Source: Candidatus Poribacteria bacterium
GTDB lineage: Bacteria > Poribacteria > WGA-4E > PCPOR2b
Assembly: GCA_965215015.1 (NCBI GenBank)
Contig: OZ244042.1
Coordinates: forward strand, 3,488,001 to 3,552,000
Length of the DNA: 64,000 nucleotides
Reading direction: 5' to 3'
The notes under the pieces were generated by a model that was not told where the DNA came from, ran no database searches, and worked only from the letters and a program-made list of their open reading frames with translations. Each line of letters begins with the position of its first letter. Position 1 is the stretch's first letter. This document shows, in pieces, positions 60,250-64,000 of this stretch. The position numbers and the translations under genes are program-made.

Positions 60250-60286
60250 CCGAGATTTACAGGATATTGATAGGAGAAATGTCTAA

Positions 60287-60958
60287 GTGTTACCAACACA
60301 GAAGGTAGCTCGTAAAAAAAGAGAAATACAAGCATTTGGGTGGGCGCTACGGTTGAGCGCATTTACGATTGGCTATAATTTCGTAGAGGGGACAGTTTCA
60401 ACCTTGCTAGGATTTCAAGACGAAACGCTCGCACTTTTGGGTTTTGGGGTAGATAGCTTTATTGAGGTCATTTCAGCAATTGGTATCGCTCATATGATTA
60501 CTCGAATCCACCGTTTCCCAGATGTATCACGGGATAGATTTGAAATCACTGCGCTACGTATTACGGGAAGCTGTTTCTATCTGCTAACAGCAGGGCTTGT
60601 TATTACTGCGGTTTTCAATATCGTTCAAGGGCATCAACCTGAAACAACCTTCTGGGGGATTGTCATTTCAGCGATTTCAATTATCACCATGTGGATTCTA
60701 ATCGTTTTGAAGATGAAGGTTGGAAAACAATTAGATTCTCAACCCATCATCGCTGACGCGAAATGCACGAAGGTATGTCTTTACATGTCGTTTCTCCTAT
60801 TAGCATCAAGCTTCATCTATGAACTGACGCACTTAGGTTACTTAGATAGTATAGCTGCTTTGGGAATTGCCTATTTTTCAGCAAAGGAAGGAAAAGAAGC
60901 ATTTGAAAAGGCACAAGGTAAAGCCTCGTGCAGTGATTGTGAAGAGGATGAGATGTGA
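60287..60958 (+). CDS. Cation diffusion facilitator-like membrane protein
   Basis: YNFVEG, GFGVDSFIE, IADAKCT, C-terminal CSDC; start uncertain. Confidence 0.8.
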   Translation: MLPTQKVARKKREIQAFGWALRLSAFTIGYNFVEGTVSTLLGFQDETLALLGFGVDSFIEVISAIGIAHMITRIHRFPDVSRDRFEITALRITGSCFYLLTAGLVITAVFNIVQGHQPETTFWGIVISAISIITMWILIVLKMKVGKQLDSQPIIADAKCTKVCLYMSFLLLASSFIYELTHLGYLDSIAALGIAYFSAKEGKEAFEKAQGKASCSDCEEDEM

Positions 60959-61188
60959 TGGCTACTCTGCTGCCAAAATCTGTAACCTTTTTAGTAGGAA
61001 ACACCGATCGTTGTTCCTTACACTAAACCGAGTGCCCACGGTTTAGCGGGTCCCAAGTAAACCGTTGTGCTAACGGAATCAGAATTTGTAGTAGAGCAAT
61101 TCATAGACTGTCCAAACAGAGATTAAATTCCTTACACGGGCGGGGTGCCCCCGCACCTATGCTGCAGTGCGTAAGTTCTATCTCTGGA

Positions 61189-62193
61189 TCAAGTGGTCTT
61201 GTCTGTCAAGAATCGGCGGAACCATTCGACCATCCACTCAAAATATTCGATAAGAAAACGGTGATTGCCCTCCGGCTGATAAACCTTGAATCGTTCTGGG
61301 TGCCCCAATGATGCGTAGACCTGTCCCACAACCTGAATCAGTTCATCGACTCCCTTGCGGGGCATGTCCTCGTCTTGAGTGGGTGCCACCATCATGAACG
61401 GACGTGGCGGCATACACGCAGCGACAACCTCCGGATGGTCAAAATAGCGAAGCATGTGGGGGACAAAGAAGTAGGCACTGTGGCGTCGGATGTCCCCTTC
61501 ATGGATAAGGCTTGCTATGCGTCCGACGCCGCCGCAGATTGGCACACCCACTCGAATCCAAGGCGCAGCTGCCATCGCATACCACGTTGCATTCCCACCG
61601 AGCGACATACCGGTGATCCCGATGCTATCGGAATTGACCCCGTCGCTTGTTGCGAGGATACGTGCTGCTCTCAATGTTTCTTCGACAAGGATTCCCATCT
61701 GTGGGCGGCCATAAGGCGTGAGGAGTTTTCCTTCAAGATTCCAACTTTCGACGCTCGGGCGTCGGGTGACGCTCCCTTTGGGTGAAATCGCCAACGTCAC
61801 AAAGCCGCGTCGTGCCAGTTCACGCGCCCAACCGATCAGCGAACCGGGTGGGGCTTCCATCCGATAAAACTGCCGATCGGCAACTTTCTCGGCAGAACCG
61901 CCCGTTCCGGGTATGCAGACGATGCCGGGCATTTTCTGACTTGACGCATTGAGTGGTGTTATGATAATCCCCGGAACCGTTTCGCCGAGCGAGTTTGCGT
62001 AGGTCAACTGCGTAACCCGGAGCTCCTCCTGTCCGCGCCAAGGGTCCAAAACCTGCGTTGTTCCCTCCGTGAAGTCAACCTCTTTAGGAATCTCATCCAA
62101 TCCCAGCAGCTCTAACAGTTTTGAACGCACCGCGTCTTTTGGAATATGCACCGGGAAAGCCGGTCGGATGTCCTTTGGAATAATTTCAGACAT
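61189..62193 (-). CDS. Alpha/beta hydrolase (dienelactone hydrolase-like)
   Basis: GMSLGG nucleophile elbow, QDED, GNHRF. Confidence 0.85.
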   Translation of the reverse strand: MSEIIPKDIRPAFPVHIPKDAVRSKLLELLGLDEIPKEVDFTEGTTQVLDPWRGQEELRVTQLTYANSLGETVPGIIITPLNASSQKMPGIVCIPGTGGSAEKVADRQFYRMEAPPGSLIGWARELARRGFVTLAISPKGSVTRRPSVESWNLEGKLLTPYGRPQMGILVEETLRAARILATSDGVNSDSIGITGMSLGGNATWYAMAAAPWIRVGVPICGGVGRIASLIHEGDIRRHSAYFFVPHMLRYFDHPEVVAACMPPRPFMMVAPTQDEDMPRKGVDELIQVVGQVYASLGHPERFKVYQPEGNHRFLIEYFEWMVEWFRRFLTDKTT

Positions 62194-62275
62194 TCACCTG
62201 CTCCAGTTCCAATCAGCAATTCTCAACATAGAATAACTCAGGTTCCCATCCGTCGCCCTGCATCCGCTTAGGTTC

Positions 62276-63019
62276 TTACTTCAGTCGGAGAATCTCACGT
62301 TGTGCCTCTGACAGGCCATCCATGACGCGGTCGCTAAAGATTAAGCCTTGACCACCCCAATCGGGCATGTAGCCGATACTGTAGCAGTAATAAATGGTGC
62401 GCCGCGGACGTTTTGAGGTGTTTACCACCGAGCCGTGTGTCAAGGCTTCAGTAAAAATAATGGCGTCCCCTGCCTTGGCGGGGATAGGCGTCAATACCGG
62501 ATTTTCGTCGGGATGGTTGCCCCAGGGCCTGAGGAAGTTGCTCTTGTGTGCCCCCGGAATCACAGCGAAGCATCCGTCCTCGACATCACAATCCAGCATT
62601 GGAAATACAGCTTTGGTCAGCGTTGAAACCATTTGACTGTTGCGACAATGGTACTGACATTTGGGGATGATTGGGGTACCTTGCATGTGTAGCCCTGTAT
62701 AACCGCCACCCCATCGGTAGATTGTATAGGTATGGTTGAGTCGGTAAGGTCCACCGGTCACGCCTTCAATCACCTCCAACACCTCGGGAAGGTCAATCAA
62801 CGGATTGAAAATGGGGTCGGCTTCGAGGATATTGGAGATGTAGAGCTCCATTTCTGTCTTGGGTGTGCCGAGGCAGAGTGGCGGCGGATAGTCTTCTGGC
62901 GGCATGTCTTCAAGGGGATCTAATGCCTTGTTACACGCTTCTACCACGGATTGAGGCACCACATTTTCCAAAACAATGTAGCCTTGTAGGTCAAATAGAT
63001 ATTTTTGTTCTTCTGTCAA
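62276..63019 (-). CDS. PhyH family dioxygenase
   Basis: YLFDLQGY, IPGAHKSN, AGDAIIFTEALTHG, RR. Confidence 0.85.
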   Translation of the reverse strand: MTEEQKYLFDLQGYIVLENVVPQSVVEACNKALDPLEDMPPEDYPPPLCLGTPKTEMELYISNILEADPIFNPLIDLPEVLEVIEGVTGGPYRLNHTYTIYRWGGGYTGLHMQGTPIIPKCQYHCRNSQMVSTLTKAVFPMLDCDVEDGCFAVIPGAHKSNFLRPWGNHPDENPVLTPIPAKAGDAIIFTEALTHGSVVNTSKRPRRTIYYCYSIGYMPDWGGQGLIFSDRVMDGLSEAQREILRLK

Positions 63020-63450
63020 TGTCTCCGCCTCCTTAGTTATCGGTCATGCTGTTCGGGAATAGGTTTCAATCTGATGCCCCGGTAAGATTAGAATTTAAAG
63101 CAACTTGAGACTTTTGTCGGTTGATTTTCCAAAATCGAAAATGCCGAGAACATTGTGCTATAATCTAGGTTCAATCACCCCGGGTTACTGCGCTATAGTC
63201 CGGGGCGTTTGTCGAGATGTGAATCTTGACCTACAGGCTAGGCGTAACGAAATCCCGATCTATCGGAGCTGAGATCGGCACCCGTAGGTCGGTCATCTTG
63301 CCCGACCGCTCCGTGCTGAAAGCCTTCGACATGACAATCCGCATCGGTTGGGCGATCAAGCTCAACCGCTGAATGGTTGACATTTTCTAGATTTCTAATT
63401 GGCGACCACACAATGTCAACACGCTCTAGCCACTTGAGTTATTGTAAACG

Positions 63451-64000
63451 CTAGGGCCACTGCGTTTCAAAGGCATCGGTTCCATCGCCATATACCAACT
63501 TACCGTATGCCTCCCAAAGCGGGAGATTTTGTGAGAGGTGTTCCCCTCCCTTCAGGGCGATTAGGTTCTCTTCCAATTGTGCTAGCGTTGTTGGTGCGGT
63601 TAGTGCAATATGGACAGCGGGATGGTGCAGGACATATTGATAGCAATACGCCGCGCTTGGTACAGGACCGTCCCAATCTTGATGACCTGTCAGCAGCGAT
63701 CCCCACCGTGTGCATGTAAATGCAACCACCGGAATCCCAGCGTTAAGTGCTGCCGGGAGTACCTGTTCTTCTGCCCCTCGGTGTGCCATGTTATAACGGT
63801 GCATAAGCACATCAATGCGCCCACTCTCAATGAGCTCGACTGCCATCGGTCGGTTATGTGCTGTGGCACCGACGTAACGGATGAGTCCTTCGGCTTTCCA
63901 ACGATGCAGTTCGTCAAACACACCCCTCGCGCCCAGCAGCGTGCTCATGTTATCCCCAGGAGCGACATACTCTGCGTAGAAGACATCCACTGCCTCTACC
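63451..64000 (-). CDS. Aldo/keto reductase, partial; starts beyond the window
   Basis: GLIRYVGATAH, MHRYN, QLEENL. Confidence 0.85.
   Translation of the reverse strand, partial: VEAVDVFYAEYVAPGDNMSTLLGARGVFDELHRWKAEGLIRYVGATAHNRPMAVELIESGRIDVLMHRYNMAHRGAEEQVLPAALNAGIPVVAFTCTRWGSLLTGHQDWDGPVPSAAYCYQYVLHHPAVHIALTAPTTLAQLEENLIALKGGEHLSQNLPLWEAYGKLVYGDGTDAFETQWP

Noticed and set aside
1-64000. tRNA (including tRNA-Sec), rRNA, integrase or transposase genes
   Set aside because: None recognised by eye; tRNAscan-SE/Aragorn would be needed to exclude tRNAs.

Overview
Bacterial genomic window with standard code 11 (TGA ends many genes). The gene mix (several PhyH dioxygenases, Gfo/Idh/MocA oxidoreductases, membrane-anchored vWA proteins, a giant YCF48/BNR-repeat lipoprotein, dense short palindromic repeats) resembles Ca. 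Poribacteria; that is inference only. The main find is a selenium gene cluster at about 29.1-32.8 kb. Three co-oriented genes each have one in-frame TGA at a Cys or Cys-like position, followed by a small bacterial SECIS-like hairpin: a cobalamin-independent methionine synthase (MetE-like) catalytic-domain protein (HL-U-RGN), selenophosphate synthetase SelD (CG-U-AAK) and a SenB-like selenosugar synthase glycosyltransferase (FEL-U-VLGHLR). The ORF track splits or truncates all three. No SenA/EgtB gene is in the window, so this may be an undescribed selenosugar-based pathway run by selenoenzymes. Also present: a defence island (TerY-like vWA, membrane-anchored PP2C, receptor-like kinase, DUF4011 helicase-nuclease, a decayed and an intact DNA MTase), a type IIG RM gene, an Rpn nuclease with an internal antitoxin-like start, a RelA-zinc-finger/DUF2250-like fusion, hflKC-lipA, an orphan cytochrome b, a GlmL-like protein and several families of MITE/REP-like intergenic repeats. 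All calls come from motif recognition; no database searches or folding computations were run.
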